A DNA stretch of 64,000 nt from an uncultured Pseudomonadales bacterium (GTDB lineage: Bacteria > Patescibacteriota > Microgenomatia > UBA1400 > PJMF01). The stretch lies in contig CAZUHV010000001.1 of assembly GCA_964620965.1 (NCBI GenBank), positions 85,839 to 149,838 on the forward strand, in the 5' to 3' direction. Under the pieces are notes generated by a model, which saw nothing but the letters and a program-made list of their open reading frames with translations, was not told the DNA's origin and did not search any database. Positions within the stretch are counted from its first letter, which is position 1, and every line of letters starts with the position of its first letter. Shown here in pieces: positions 48,496 through 58,434 of this stretch. The position numbers and the translations under genes were made by a program.

Positions 48496-49997
48496 ATCAC
48501 TTTTTGTAACTCTTCCAATATCCTCACCATCGCAAAAGTATCAAGTGTGCAATAACGGCTCAAATCATCCATAATCATTGGTCGTTTTTCTCTGTTTTTA
48601 CCTTCCAAAACGGTTTGTGTCCACATTCTGCGAGCTAGTAATCCATCAGAAACATTAAGCTCTTTGTAGCTTAACTCAGGAGCTAATACTGGCATAACTT
48701 TCTTGACCGAGGCACTGCCAAAAAAATCTTTATCAAAAAACCACATCTTAGCAAATGGAGTCATCAAATCGTCTATGCGATCATTGAGATCTGCCAGGAA
48801 ATCTGCATACTCTGGAAACAGTTCTGCCATTCGATCATTACAACCTTTTTCATAACTCATGTTCCAAGTAAGCACAGTACCAGTTGTACCAATATCTTGC
48901 TTGAGCTGAGCTAATAATCCTGGCATTGGATCTGTTGCTTGGTTATGTAAATACTCTAAGTGTTTTAACTCTGCACCTGGGCTTTCAATTATGTGTAACG
49001 AATATTGGAATGGATAATCCTTGTATGGGCTATATCCATCAAATTGAGGAACTACTGTTGAGAGTGTTTCGTAATCAAAAAAGTAGAGTGGATACTGGAA
49101 CGTATCTAAAAAGGCTTTAATCTTGTCTTTATCAATAATTCGCTGACCAGTTTTAGTGGTTCTAATTTGAACTCGTTGTTTATCTCTTAAAGCTTGGTCT
49201 TCTGTCATCTCGTGAATTGAAGAAATGCCAAGATCTTCTAGATCCCCAAGTTGTTCTGGGCTTGGATAAGCAAGGTTGTAAATGGAGTAGGTGTCATATT
49301 CACCTTTGATGTTTTTATAAATCTCCATCCATTCTTCAAGCCACTGTGATGATTTGTTTGGAATACAAAGTTGATTAATAAATCTTGGTGAAACATCTGG
49401 CATAGTTCTATTTGCCAATACTTCAAAGGCCATATCTACTTGTAAAAGTGTGGTGCTCATCAAGGCGCGAACTTTATCTGTGATATCTGTTTTATCAACC
49501 AAACCAGCAGGATCAATTTCCCCCTCACGCACATATTCTTTGTTTGCATGCATCACAGCTACATTGCGAATTTTTAGTCCTGCTTTTTCTAGTACCAACA
49601 GTTGAAATGCTAAATCATATTCGTGTTCTGGTTTAGCTTTAGTGCTAGCTTTAATTTCAATTAAGTCAAAAGTTTCATCCGGATGTTTGAATAATACATC
49701 AGTAATACAAGTTAAATTATCAACTTCAAACCTGCCTTGAAAAATAACTTCTGCGCCTTGTTGTAAAGCTTGCTGAGTTCGAGCAGGTAGACTCAAATAC
49801 TCATCATAATTATTGAATCCAAGTCGAACCCCATTGGGAAATAGGCTTTCGGCATATTGCTCAAAGTCATGACCTGCATCAAACATGGCTTGCGTATTGT
49901 CATCAACTGGAGGTAATTTATTTTTGTCATACTTCTTTAGCCACAACCATGCAGGATGGCGAAGAAAGAGCATGTAGTCGGATTTACTTAATATCAT
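48492..49997 (-). CDS. DUF2779-type protein: PD-(D/E)XK nuclease-like N-terminus plus RNase H/DEDD exonuclease-like C-terminus
   Basis: LSKS start, TDVL...LIEIK, DLAFQ, FFDYET, PFQYSLH, YCTLDT. Confidence 0.78.
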   Translation of the reverse strand: MILSKSDYMLFLRHPAWLWLKKYDKNKLPPVDDNTQAMFDAGHDFEQYAESLFPNGVRLGFNNYDEYLSLPARTQQALQQGAEVIFQGRFEVDNLTCITDVLFKHPDETFDLIEIKASTKAKPEHEYDLAFQLLVLEKAGLKIRNVAVMHANKEYVREGEIDPAGLVDKTDITDKVRALMSTTLLQVDMAFEVLANRTMPDVSPRFINQLCIPNKSSQWLEEWMEIYKNIKGEYDTYSIYNLAYPSPEQLGDLEDLGISSIHEMTEDQALRDKQRVQIRTTKTGQRIIDKDKIKAFLDTFQYPLYFFDYETLSTVVPQFDGYSPYKDYPFQYSLHIIESPGAELKHLEYLHNQATDPMPGLLAQLKQDIGTTGTVLTWNMSYEKGCNDRMAELFPEYADFLADLNDRIDDLMTPFAKMWFFDKDFFGSASVKKVMPVLAPELSYKELNVSDGLLARRMWTQTVLEGKNREKRPMIMDDLSRYCTLDTFAMVRILEELQKVI

Positions 49998-52195
49998 ATT
50001 TTCTCAAGCAAACTTAAAAAGTCGTCTAATTTCTGTATTTTTTCAGGTTCATTCAACTTCATGATTTCGTGTTGATCATGCATATGTTCATGCCAGTTAT
50101 TTTCTAAAATATCATCTTTAACCAAACACTTGTCACCAATTTTTTCTAGATATGCAGAAATACTCCCCTCAGAAAGAGTCTTTTCATCCAAAGAGAAATA
50201 ATACTTGTGTCTCAAAATTCTTTCCAAGCACTTACGTACCTTACCAATTGCTTCATCAACATTTCTATTGTTATCAACTGAATCTTTAATAAACTTTACG
50301 CTTTTGAAAAATTCTTCCTCAATAACGTTTTCCACATCACACTTTACTATGCTAGAGCCTGCAGAACCTGAGTTTTTAATTTGAAGAAATTTGGTTTCAT
50401 TTTTTGGTATTTTGCTTTGCAATCTAGCCAAAAAGCTATCATCATGAGTAAGTATAATTACCTGCTCTGGCTCTTCATTTGATTGATTTTTAATTTTGAC
50501 TATAGTCCTAACCAACGCGTCCTTGCGATTTGAATCTAAACTTGAAAAAGGATCGTCAAAGACAACAATTTTTTTGTTTAAAAATTTATCTGTTTGTAAT
50601 TTTGATATAAAAATTGCAATTGCCAACAATCTTCTATCGCTATCACTTAACGTATTCCCAAAGTAATATTTATCCTTAGGCTCAATGTCGTCCTGAGATC
50701 TTTTATTTGAAATAGGAACAACTTGACTGCCAAATGCAAATTCGTAGTCAACAAAATGTGATTTTGATCTAGTTAAGTTCGAGCGACTATCTAATTTCTG
50801 TATTGAGAACTCTGCCCTAAGTTCATTTTTCAATACTTTTTCAATTTCTTTTTGATTATCTACAATTGTTTTTTTTGTCTCCTGATTAATTTCGTCTCTT
50901 AGGTTTTTCACTTCCTTCTTCTTGTCTTTGATGAGTTTTTCTGCATCAAAATAGTCTTTTGTTAAACTCACTCCTTCTTTGCTATGCCTGTATTTAGATA
51001 GCTTTAACTTTTTTAACTGATTTAGTAAATTTCGATAATCTTGTTCAGAGAATTCCTGTTTAAGTATTGAATCAAATACAGGGTGAAGTTTTTTAATTTC
51101 AATCAAGAATAATTGAAATGGTTTATCTTTTGAGATTAAATCAATCGAATAGTTTAAATTCTTTAATTTTTTATCAATTTCTTTGTCTAGATCCGCTTTA
51201 TTTTCCAGTAACTCCTTCTTATTTAACAATTCATCACAGTTAATTCCTAGAGGGTTAAGTTTTGCTATTTCTGCTTCAGGATCAAATCGCAAAAAGTTTT
51301 CTCCCGCTGATTCAATTTCTTTTTGAACTTGTCTATACGTTGCGCCAAAAACGCTCTTAAAATCTTTTATTAAATCTTTTACAGGCTCTAAGTCTTGCCC
51401 ACAAAAAACACAGTTTTTAGACTCATCTTTTAAGATAGCAACACCTTCTGAAATAAAATTCTTAGATGCACTTGCGTCTTTCCAATGATTATGAATATGA
51501 TTTTCAATGCTTACTTCAGCTGAAGTATCTAACGATTTCTCCATTGCTAACTTAAAGTTCTCAAATTTTGACGCCAATGGGGAATGCTTAATCTGTTCCT
51601 TAATTGATGAAATATTATTTAGGCGTTTAATTTCTGTTTCTTTTTTTGAAATTTTGTCATCAACACTCTCTACTTTTTCTGCTTTAAGAAATTCCTCAAA
51701 AGTTCCCAGATCAACTTTTATATATTTATTTTTTACTTTGTCTCTATCACTTTCTAAATCTGCTTGTTCATTACGAAGCCTCTTGAGAGCAAGTACTTTA
51801 TCACCTATGTTTTCTCCTACAAATATTCCATGAAGTGAAGCTTTATGTTCAAAATCAATTTGATCTCCTAGATAAACGTAATTTTGAACAAAGTTACTAT
51901 CAAATACAACAATATTTGGATTACTCCAGTTACCGTTTGATAGAGTGGAATGTTTATTATTTTCATCCAAAATATCAATCTCAGAACTTTCTGAATATCC
52001 GAAAGTCTTTTTACCCTTCAACAATCCTTGATCAGAATTTTTTAAGGATCTAAATATCGTTGTCAAAGTGCTTTTGCCATAAGTGTTATGTCCAAAAATA
52101 ACAGTTCTTTTGAAAAAACGTAATTCATCATCTCCAGAACATGTAAATTGCTTGAACTTTCCAATTCCTTTGATTTTTATAATTTTACTAATCAT
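49994..52195 (-). CDS. AAA_13/RloC-like ABC-ATPase with zinc hook
   Basis: Walker A GHNTYGKST, CVFCGQ hook, LSDSD signature, VVFDDPFSSLD, ILTHD, RKCLE helix. Confidence 0.78.
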   Translation of the reverse strand: MISKIIKIKGIGKFKQFTCSGDDELRFFKRTVIFGHNTYGKSTLTTIFRSLKNSDQGLLKGKKTFGYSESSEIDILDENNKHSTLSNGNWSNPNIVVFDSNFVQNYVYLGDQIDFEHKASLHGIFVGENIGDKVLALKRLRNEQADLESDRDKVKNKYIKVDLGTFEEFLKAEKVESVDDKISKKETEIKRLNNISSIKEQIKHSPLASKFENFKLAMEKSLDTSAEVSIENHIHNHWKDASASKNFISEGVAILKDESKNCVFCGQDLEPVKDLIKDFKSVFGATYRQVQKEIESAGENFLRFDPEAEIAKLNPLGINCDELLNKKELLENKADLDKEIDKKLKNLNYSIDLISKDKPFQLFLIEIKKLHPVFDSILKQEFSEQDYRNLLNQLKKLKLSKYRHSKEGVSLTKDYFDAEKLIKDKKKEVKNLRDEINQETKKTIVDNQKEIEKVLKNELRAEFSIQKLDSRSNLTRSKSHFVDYEFAFGSQVVPISNKRSQDDIEPKDKYYFGNTLSDSDRRLLAIAIFISKLQTDKFLNKKIVVFDDPFSSLDSNRKDALVRTIVKIKNQSNEEPEQVIILTHDDSFLARLQSKIPKNETKFLQIKNSGSAGSSIVKCDVENVIEEEFFKSVKFIKDSVDNNRNVDEAIGKVRKCLERILRHKYYFSLDEKTLSEGSISAYLEKIGDKCLVKDDILENNWHEHMHDQHEIMKLNEPEKIQKLDDFLSLLEKI

Positions 52196-52206
52196 TTTTT
52201 CCCTTA

Positions 52207-55002
52207 CTACCACTCAAACATATCTACTATATTCTCAATAGCACTCCTCACACGATCGATGATGCTTTGACGTTCTAAAATTCTTGGGGCTTCTGGGAGA
52301 AGATCAACAATATCTTGTCCATGTGGAAGTTTTTGTGTATATAAATACTCGCCAATAATATTTTCAAACTTTTCTAGTGGAATATTTTCAGCTTGTGCTA
52401 CTTCTCGCAGTGCAGAGGAGCGTTCACTTGCCCAGAATTTCTCAAAGGCTTCTTCAACATTTTCATCTTCTCTGATCTTAGGTAGATTCTCCTCAATAAA
52501 TTTACGGATAAGTTCTTTCTTTTTGCGAAGCTTCACATCGCGATCAAATAATCTGAGAATATCTTCTGTTTTCTTCTCACGAACTACATCTGAACTAATG
52601 TCTTTAAGTCCAGCAATAAGCTGAATAATGTAGTCAAAATCAACTACATCACGAACAGTGAGCTCTAATTCAAAGTCGATTTGATCCAAAATGGATTCTT
52701 TTTCAGGCTCATGAGTTTTTCTTTCCTCATGAATATCAAGATACTTACTTTGGTAATCATAAAATTCTTGTTCTGTAATACCCAAGTCATCAAATGAGAA
52801 TTCTGCAAAGGTTTCGAGTGAAGACTTAATTCGAAGCAAATCTCTAAAGCTTTTAACAAATGCAGCCTTATCTTCTTCACCTCGCAAATCATCAACTGAA
52901 GAAACAGTAGGTACTTTTACTCGTAAGTGAGCAAGCTTTTCTTCAAACTCCTTTTTCTGAACTTCATATGGCTTCTTGAAAACAACTTCCTTAGCGTTTT
53001 CATCACCAAACAAAGCAAGAGCTTTGTCAGTATTCAGTTTAAGGTTTCTAAAAGAAACAATGTTTCCATGCGGTTTGTCAGAGTTCAGCAAACGATTTGT
53101 TCTGGAATAAGCCTGGATTAGTCCGTGATATCTCAAATTCTTATCAACGTACAAAGTGTTGAGTCTTGGGCTATCAAATCCAGTTAAGAACATGTTTACC
53201 ACAATAGTTAGATCAACTTCTTTGTTTTTAATTCGCTTCTGTAGATCTCGATAATAGTCATAGAATCTGTCAGTAGAGTAATTTGTGCCGAAATCCTTGT
53301 TGTAGTTTTTGATACAGCTTTCTAAGAAATCTCTTGAATGCTGATTTATCACATCACCCTTATCAGCAAACACGTCAACATCAAGCATGTCTGCACTATC
53401 ATCCTCATTTGCTTGATAGGTAAAAATTGTAGCGATTTTAAAATCATCAGGTTTCTTAGCAGAAAGCAGAGTGTAGTATTTCTTTAATATCTCAATACTT
53501 GGAGTGCAAAAAAGAGCATTAAACTTGCCATTCTTTGTTTTACGCTTCCAATCATGAAGGATATATTCAGCAATTTTTTCTATTCGCTCATCACTTTCGA
53601 GAACTTCTTTGGTGTCAATACCTTCAACCATAGTTTCAGCAAAGATGTCAGCATCTAGAGTATCAGGGTCTTTTTTCTTGTACTTACCAACATACTCAAC
53701 TGCAAAACCAAGCACATTATTGTCATCAATAGCGTGGGTAATAATATAGCGGTGCAAGCATTCACCAAATACATCTTTTGTAGTTACACCACCAACATTG
53801 TTATCAGCAAATATCGGTGTTCCAGTAAAACCAAAGAGTTGAGCTTTATTAAAATGACTCTTTATTCTATTGTGGGTTAATCCAAACTGACTGCGGTGAC
53901 ACTCATCAAAAATAATGACTACTTTTTCATCTTGCAGATCTTCAAATTGTTTAAGATACGATTCTCTGGAAACTGCAATATCTAGCTTTTGGATTGTAGT
54001 AACTATGAGTTTTCTCTTTGGCTCTTTAAGCTGTTTTACTAAGTTACGAGTATTATCCGTTCCATCAACAGAACCATCAGAAAAGTGATTAAACTCTTTT
54101 GTTGTTTGAATATCGAGGTCTTTACGATCAACTACAAAGATAACTTTTTTAATTTCGGGTAACTGTGAAAGAATCTGACTGGCTTTGTATGAAGTCAAGG
54201 TTTTTCCAGAACCAGTGGTATGCCAAATATAGCCATTCTGGTTAGTTTCTTTAACCTTTTGCTCAATAGCTCTGACTGCATAGTACTGATAAGGGCGGAG
54301 TACCATTGGAATTTTAAGAGATTCATGCAACACAATATATTCAGCAATCATGGATGAGATTTTGCATTTTTCTAAAAACGCCTCAGCAAATTGATTAAGT
54401 TGTGTAATTTTTTTGTTTTCTTCATCTGTCCAATAGAAGGTTTGTTCAAATGATTGCTTTGGATTATTAGAAAAGTATTTTGTGTTTACACCATTAGAGA
54501 TAATAAAAATCTGGACGTATTCGAATAAAGTTCCTGAAAAAGAATGTTTGTGATAGCGTTGAATCTGATTGAAAGCCTCCTTCATTTCAACGCCACGGCG
54601 TTTGAGCTCAATTTGCACTAAGGGAAGACCATTTATGAGAAGGGTAACGTCATAGCGATTTTCATACCTTCCAGCTTGAGTGACTTGATTTGTGACTTGG
54701 TACTCATTCTTGCACCACTTATCCATGTTGAAAAATCGAACCCAGAACTTTGTCTCATCATCACGAGTCAGCACAAATCTATCTCGCAAAGTTTTTGCTT
54801 TTACAAAGCGGTCACCTTTTTCAAGATGATTGAGTATGCGAGAAAATTCGGTATCAGAGAAAATTGTGTTGTTAAACTTTTCTAGTTGTGACTTAAGATT
54901 TTGATTTAATGACTCTACATCTGGCAAAGAAACCCTATCAAAACCCAAGTTTCCAAGTTGTGCTATTAATTCGTTTTCTAGTTGTAGTTCTGATTGCGCC
55001 AT
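52207..55002 (-). CDS. hsdR: Type I restriction endonuclease subunit R
   Basis: DVTLLINGLPLVQIELK, TTGSGKT, DECHRS, FTGTP, TGFD, QAYSRTNR. Confidence 0.95.
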   Translation of the reverse strand: MAQSELQLENELIAQLGNLGFDRVSLPDVESLNQNLKSQLEKFNNTIFSDTEFSRILNHLEKGDRFVKAKTLRDRFVLTRDDETKFWVRFFNMDKWCKNEYQVTNQVTQAGRYENRYDVTLLINGLPLVQIELKRRGVEMKEAFNQIQRYHKHSFSGTLFEYVQIFIISNGVNTKYFSNNPKQSFEQTFYWTDEENKKITQLNQFAEAFLEKCKISSMIAEYIVLHESLKIPMVLRPYQYYAVRAIEQKVKETNQNGYIWHTTGSGKTLTSYKASQILSQLPEIKKVIFVVDRKDLDIQTTKEFNHFSDGSVDGTDNTRNLVKQLKEPKRKLIVTTIQKLDIAVSRESYLKQFEDLQDEKVVIIFDECHRSQFGLTHNRIKSHFNKAQLFGFTGTPIFADNNVGGVTTKDVFGECLHRYIITHAIDDNNVLGFAVEYVGKYKKKDPDTLDADIFAETMVEGIDTKEVLESDERIEKIAEYILHDWKRKTKNGKFNALFCTPSIEILKKYYTLLSAKKPDDFKIATIFTYQANEDDSADMLDVDVFADKGDVINQHSRDFLESCIKNYNKDFGTNYSTDRFYDYYRDLQKRIKNKEVDLTIVVNMFLTGFDSPRLNTLYVDKNLRYHGLIQAYSRTNRLLNSDKPHGNIVSFRNLKLNTDKALALFGDENAKEVVFKKPYEVQKKEFEEKLAHLRVKVPTVSSVDDLRGEEDKAAFVKSFRDLLRIKSSLETFAEFSFDDLGITEQEFYDYQSKYLDIHEERKTHEPEKESILDQIDFELELTVRDVVDFDYIIQLIAGLKDISSDVVREKKTEDILRLFDRDVKLRKKKELIRKFIEENLPKIREDENVEEAFEKFWASERSSALREVAQAENIPLEKFENIIGEYLYTQKLPHGQDIVDLLPEAPRILERQSIIDRVRSAIENIVDMFEW

Positions 55003-55010
55003 AATTTTAT

Positions 55011-56237
55011 CTATACAAACATTTGTTGTAACAGTCCCTTTTTCCACTCTTTTGCTTCTTTTATTTGGTTAACTTTTAATTCTATTAACTGGTCAATGGA
55101 TGAAACAAAATCAACGATTTTTGCTTGTTCTTCTTCGGAAGGATATGGTATCGGCATATCCATTAAATCTGAGGTTGATATTGCCATACGGTCGTGACGT
55201 GCTCCGTAGTTTGCAACTTTTTTCATATATTTATGCCAAAGACTAGTGTCGAAATATTTTTCATAAAAATACTTGTTTCCTTTTTTCAATTCAAGAACTG
55301 TATATAATGGAGACATTACACCAGTTTGGAGTGAATTCATTTTCATAGGACCAACGGGAGCACTTGTTGATATTCTAGGGTTGTATACAAAGTCATCAAT
55401 TTCAACAACATAATAATTCATTAAATTATTCTGATTCACAATATCTCTATCAAAATAATCATTTTGGCTCACAATCCCTTCTGAAGCTGAATTAGTCAAA
55501 ACATGATTTATTTTATTGTTAGTATTCTTTTTTGTTTTTCTTAAAAAAATATCTTTGAGTTTTCTCATTTCCCAATCTGGGTATTTTTTACTATCTTTAC
55601 CATTAAATCTTAATTCTTTTGTAAAAATCTTTTGAGTCATTCCTTTCTTATATTCTTCAAGCGTATCCTTTTGTTTTTCTAGGTTAATAATCCAACCATT
55701 TATTGTTGATAAAAAAGATGCCAATTTTTTTTGTTCGTCAATGGTTGGAATATTTACTTTAATTGATGAAAAATTTTCATAGAATAAGTATTGTCTTACT
55801 CCACCCTCAACATATCTTTTGACAAATCTATTAAATAAGTCAGACTTAAAAAAATGATACATAAATATATCATCAACATTGTCTGTTGTTGAAAAACAAA
55901 CATAAAGTGAGCTAATGATGACATTGTCTAAATCACCACTAAATCCAATGGAACCCACATTTATTCTGGCAGGGTTATATGCAAATGTATTTCTCTTAAC
56001 TACTTTATACATTGAAGTATCATAATTTCTCTCATTACTATCAAGTCCATCAAATTGTTCAGATTGTGGTAAAAAACCTCTTACATTATTAATCGAATAT
56101 ATTGGATATTTTTTTCCACTTTTATTTTTATTATTTTTTTTCTTTGTAATCTCACCAAGTTTATATTGAGTCCACATTCCAAAGAATCCTGGGAACCTCA
56201 ATTGTGGCTTTGCTTGCATATTTTTACTACTTTTCAT
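55011..56237 (-). CDS. hsdS: Type I RM specificity subunit
   Basis: PQLRF, two TRDs separated by P..EQ.K...LE..KKG..QK conserved regions. Confidence 0.93.
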   Translation of the reverse strand: MKSSKNMQAKPQLRFPGFFGMWTQYKLGEITKKKNNKNKSGKKYPIYSINNVRGFLPQSEQFDGLDSNERNYDTSMYKVVKRNTFAYNPARINVGSIGFSGDLDNVIISSLYVCFSTTDNVDDIFMYHFFKSDLFNRFVKRYVEGGVRQYLFYENFSSIKVNIPTIDEQKKLASFLSTINGWIINLEKQKDTLEEYKKGMTQKIFTKELRFNGKDSKKYPDWEMRKLKDIFLRKTKKNTNNKINHVLTNSASEGIVSQNDYFDRDIVNQNNLMNYYVVEIDDFVYNPRISTSAPVGPMKMNSLQTGVMSPLYTVLELKKGNKYFYEKYFDTSLWHKYMKKVANYGARHDRMAISTSDLMDMPIPYPSEEEQAKIVDFVSSIDQLIELKVNQIKEAKEWKKGLLQQMFV

Positions 56238-57816
56238 ACTTAAAAGGATTGTCTATTCCTAACTCATCACAAAATGTATCTAGTTCTTTTCTATATTTTT
56301 GTTCTTTATGTTGATAATCTTTCAAATTTTTTGCAACTAGATCTAAATCCACAGGCTCTTCCTCTTCAAATGAATCAATATATCTAGGTATATTGAGATT
56401 AAAGTCATTTTCATATATCTCTTTCAGACTAACTCTACGAGAATATTTATCAACTTCTTTTCTTTCATTATATGTATGAAATATTTTATCAATGTGACTA
56501 TCACTAAGACGGTTTTGTGTGCCAACCTTTTCAAATTCGCTTGATGCATCAATAAAAAAAATATCATCATCTTCTTGTCTGCATTTTTTGAAAACTAATA
56601 CTATCGTTGGGATGCCTGTTCCATAAAACAAGTTTGCTGGCAAGCCAATAACAGCATCTAAGTAATTTTGCTTCTCAATAATATATTGTCTAATAGTTGC
56701 ATTTGACCCTCCAGTGAAAAGCACGCCATGTGGCAAAATAACAGCCATAGTTCCATTTTCGGTCAGGTGGTAAAGCATATGTGTCACAAATGCATAATCA
56801 GCTCTACTTTTAGGAGCTAACCTTCCATATTGTGAAAACCTTTCATCATGTAACAAAGCTGGATCTGACTCTCCCTTCCATTTTGCTGAAAATGGAGGAT
56901 TGGCTACCACTGCCTCAGCTTGCAGATCTATGTGCATATCATCTGTAAGCGTGTCACCTTGTCTAATGCTGAAATGATCAAAGTGAACTCCATGAAGGAT
57001 CATATTCATGCGAGCTAAGTTGTATGTAGTCGGGTTAAGCTCTTGTCCATAATAGGAAACTACGTCTGCATACTCACCAATTCTTAAGAGAAGAGAACCA
57101 GATCCACAGGTTGGGTCATAGACTGATTTAACTCGTTTTTTGCCATGAGTCACAATCTTTGCAAGAAGTCTAGAAACTTGAGCTGGAGTATAGAACTCTC
57201 CGCCTTTTTTACCTGCCCCTGCGGCAAACTCACCAATTAGATACTCATATGCATCACCAAGCAAGTCACTTTTTGTGTCTTCAAGTTTAAAATCAATACC
57301 ACTAAGCAGAGTCAGCACTTCAACAATTACTTCATTCTTTTTGTTTTCTGACTTACCCAACTTGGTTGAAGTTAAATCTACGTCATCAAATAATCCTTTG
57401 AAATCATCTTCGCTAGCTGTTCCCATTGAGGTTTGCTCAATAGAGTTAAGGACATTCTTGAGGTTTTCTAAAATAAAAATATCTTGACCTTTAACTTCAC
57501 CATTACCTTTTCTGACAATGTAAGAAAAAAGCTCTGTAGGTTTGAGGAAAAAGCCTAAGTGATCAATGGTAGCTTTTTTAATATGCTCGACAATCTGTTG
57601 ACCTTCGTCAGTTGAGTCATCTACCTCAGCAAAAGAGAATTTTTCACTAGCCAGAAGTTTTTCATCAATATAGCGAGCAAGTTTTTCTGAAAGATATTTA
57701 TAGAAAATGAAGCCAAGAATATAGTTTTTATATTCGTCTGCATTCATTTTTCCCCGGAGAACATTGGCTACAGCCCAAAGTTGCTTTTCAAGTAATCGTT
57801 TTTGTTCTCCAGACAT
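56227..57816 (-). CDS. hsdM: Type I RM N6-adenine methyltransferase
   Basis: GEFYTP, DPTCGSGSLL, NPPF, LNIPRY. Confidence 0.96.
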   Translation of the reverse strand: MSGEQKRLLEKQLWAVANVLRGKMNADEYKNYILGFIFYKYLSEKLARYIDEKLLASEKFSFAEVDDSTDEGQQIVEHIKKATIDHLGFFLKPTELFSYIVRKGNGEVKGQDIFILENLKNVLNSIEQTSMGTASEDDFKGLFDDVDLTSTKLGKSENKKNEVIVEVLTLLSGIDFKLEDTKSDLLGDAYEYLIGEFAAGAGKKGGEFYTPAQVSRLLAKIVTHGKKRVKSVYDPTCGSGSLLLRIGEYADVVSYYGQELNPTTYNLARMNMILHGVHFDHFSIRQGDTLTDDMHIDLQAEAVVANPPFSAKWKGESDPALLHDERFSQYGRLAPKSRADYAFVTHMLYHLTENGTMAVILPHGVLFTGGSNATIRQYIIEKQNYLDAVIGLPANLFYGTGIPTIVLVFKKCRQEDDDIFFIDASSEFEKVGTQNRLSDSHIDKIFHTYNERKEVDKYSRRVSLKEIYENDFNLNIPRYIDSFEEEEPVDLDLVAKNLKDYQHKEQKYRKELDTFCDELGIDNPFKYEK

Positions 57817-57937
57817 AATTGTGCTTTCTGTTTTCTTGACTAAATGTATTATTAAGATTCATATAAAAATCTCGGTTAACAATCACCATTATAGTACAAC
57901 CTCAAGAGTTACGGGATATCAAAATCACTTTTCTCTC

Positions 57938-57975
57938 TTGATATACACCAGACTACTGATATAATCTGATACAAT
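57938..57975 (+). promoter_or_regulatory. Promoter of the T4SS operon (tandem extended -10 boxes)
   Basis: TTGATA-N16-TATAAT (TGATATAAT 57957-57965) and TGATACAAT 57967-57975. Confidence 0.55.
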
Positions 57976-58002
57976 TTACAACCAAAAGTAAAGCGTTATA
58001 AC

Positions 58003-58034
58003 AAGAGCTGCCCACTAGTGAGGTAGCTTTTTTT
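58003..58034 (+). terminator. Terminator-like hairpin in the T4SS operon leader
   Basis: AGCTGCCCA-CTAG-TGAGGTAGCT followed by a T-run. Confidence 0.55.
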
Positions 58035-58079
58035 GTAACACCTGCCCAACAAACTTTAATTAGTGAAAGGGTCGTGTTT

Positions 58080-58412
58080 ATGAAAAAACTCATAGTTCTC
58101 CAAAGCATATTACTTACTTCCTTAGTCGTGGCGAGTCCAGCATTTGCTCAGTCCGCAGAAGTAGGACAAATTCAATCATTTATCCAAGAAGTGATTCAGA
58201 TCATGGTCACTTTGTCTGGCTTTATCGCAGCAGGCTTTATTGTCTGGGGCGGAGTTGGTTACATTACTAGCTCTGGAAATCCAGAAGCTTTAGAAAAATC
58301 TAAAAAGACTATTCTGTATTCTGCAGTCGGGCTGACCTTAGTACTCGGTGCGTTTGTTATCTCAAACATGGTGAGCCAGGTAGCAACTACTGCATTTGGA
58401 TCTGGAATGTAA
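58080..58412 (+). CDS. TrbC/VirB2-like pilin
   Basis: Signal peptide ..PAFA-Q, two hydrophobic helices, YITSSGNPE..EKSKKTI motif. Confidence 0.75.
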   Translation: MKKLIVLQSILLTSLVVASPAFAQSAEVGQIQSFIQEVIQIMVTLSGFIAAGFIVWGGVGYITSSGNPEALEKSKKTILYSAVGLTLVLGAFVISNMVSQVATTAFGSGM

Positions 58413-58434
58413 TTGATTAGAAAAGGAATACGTA

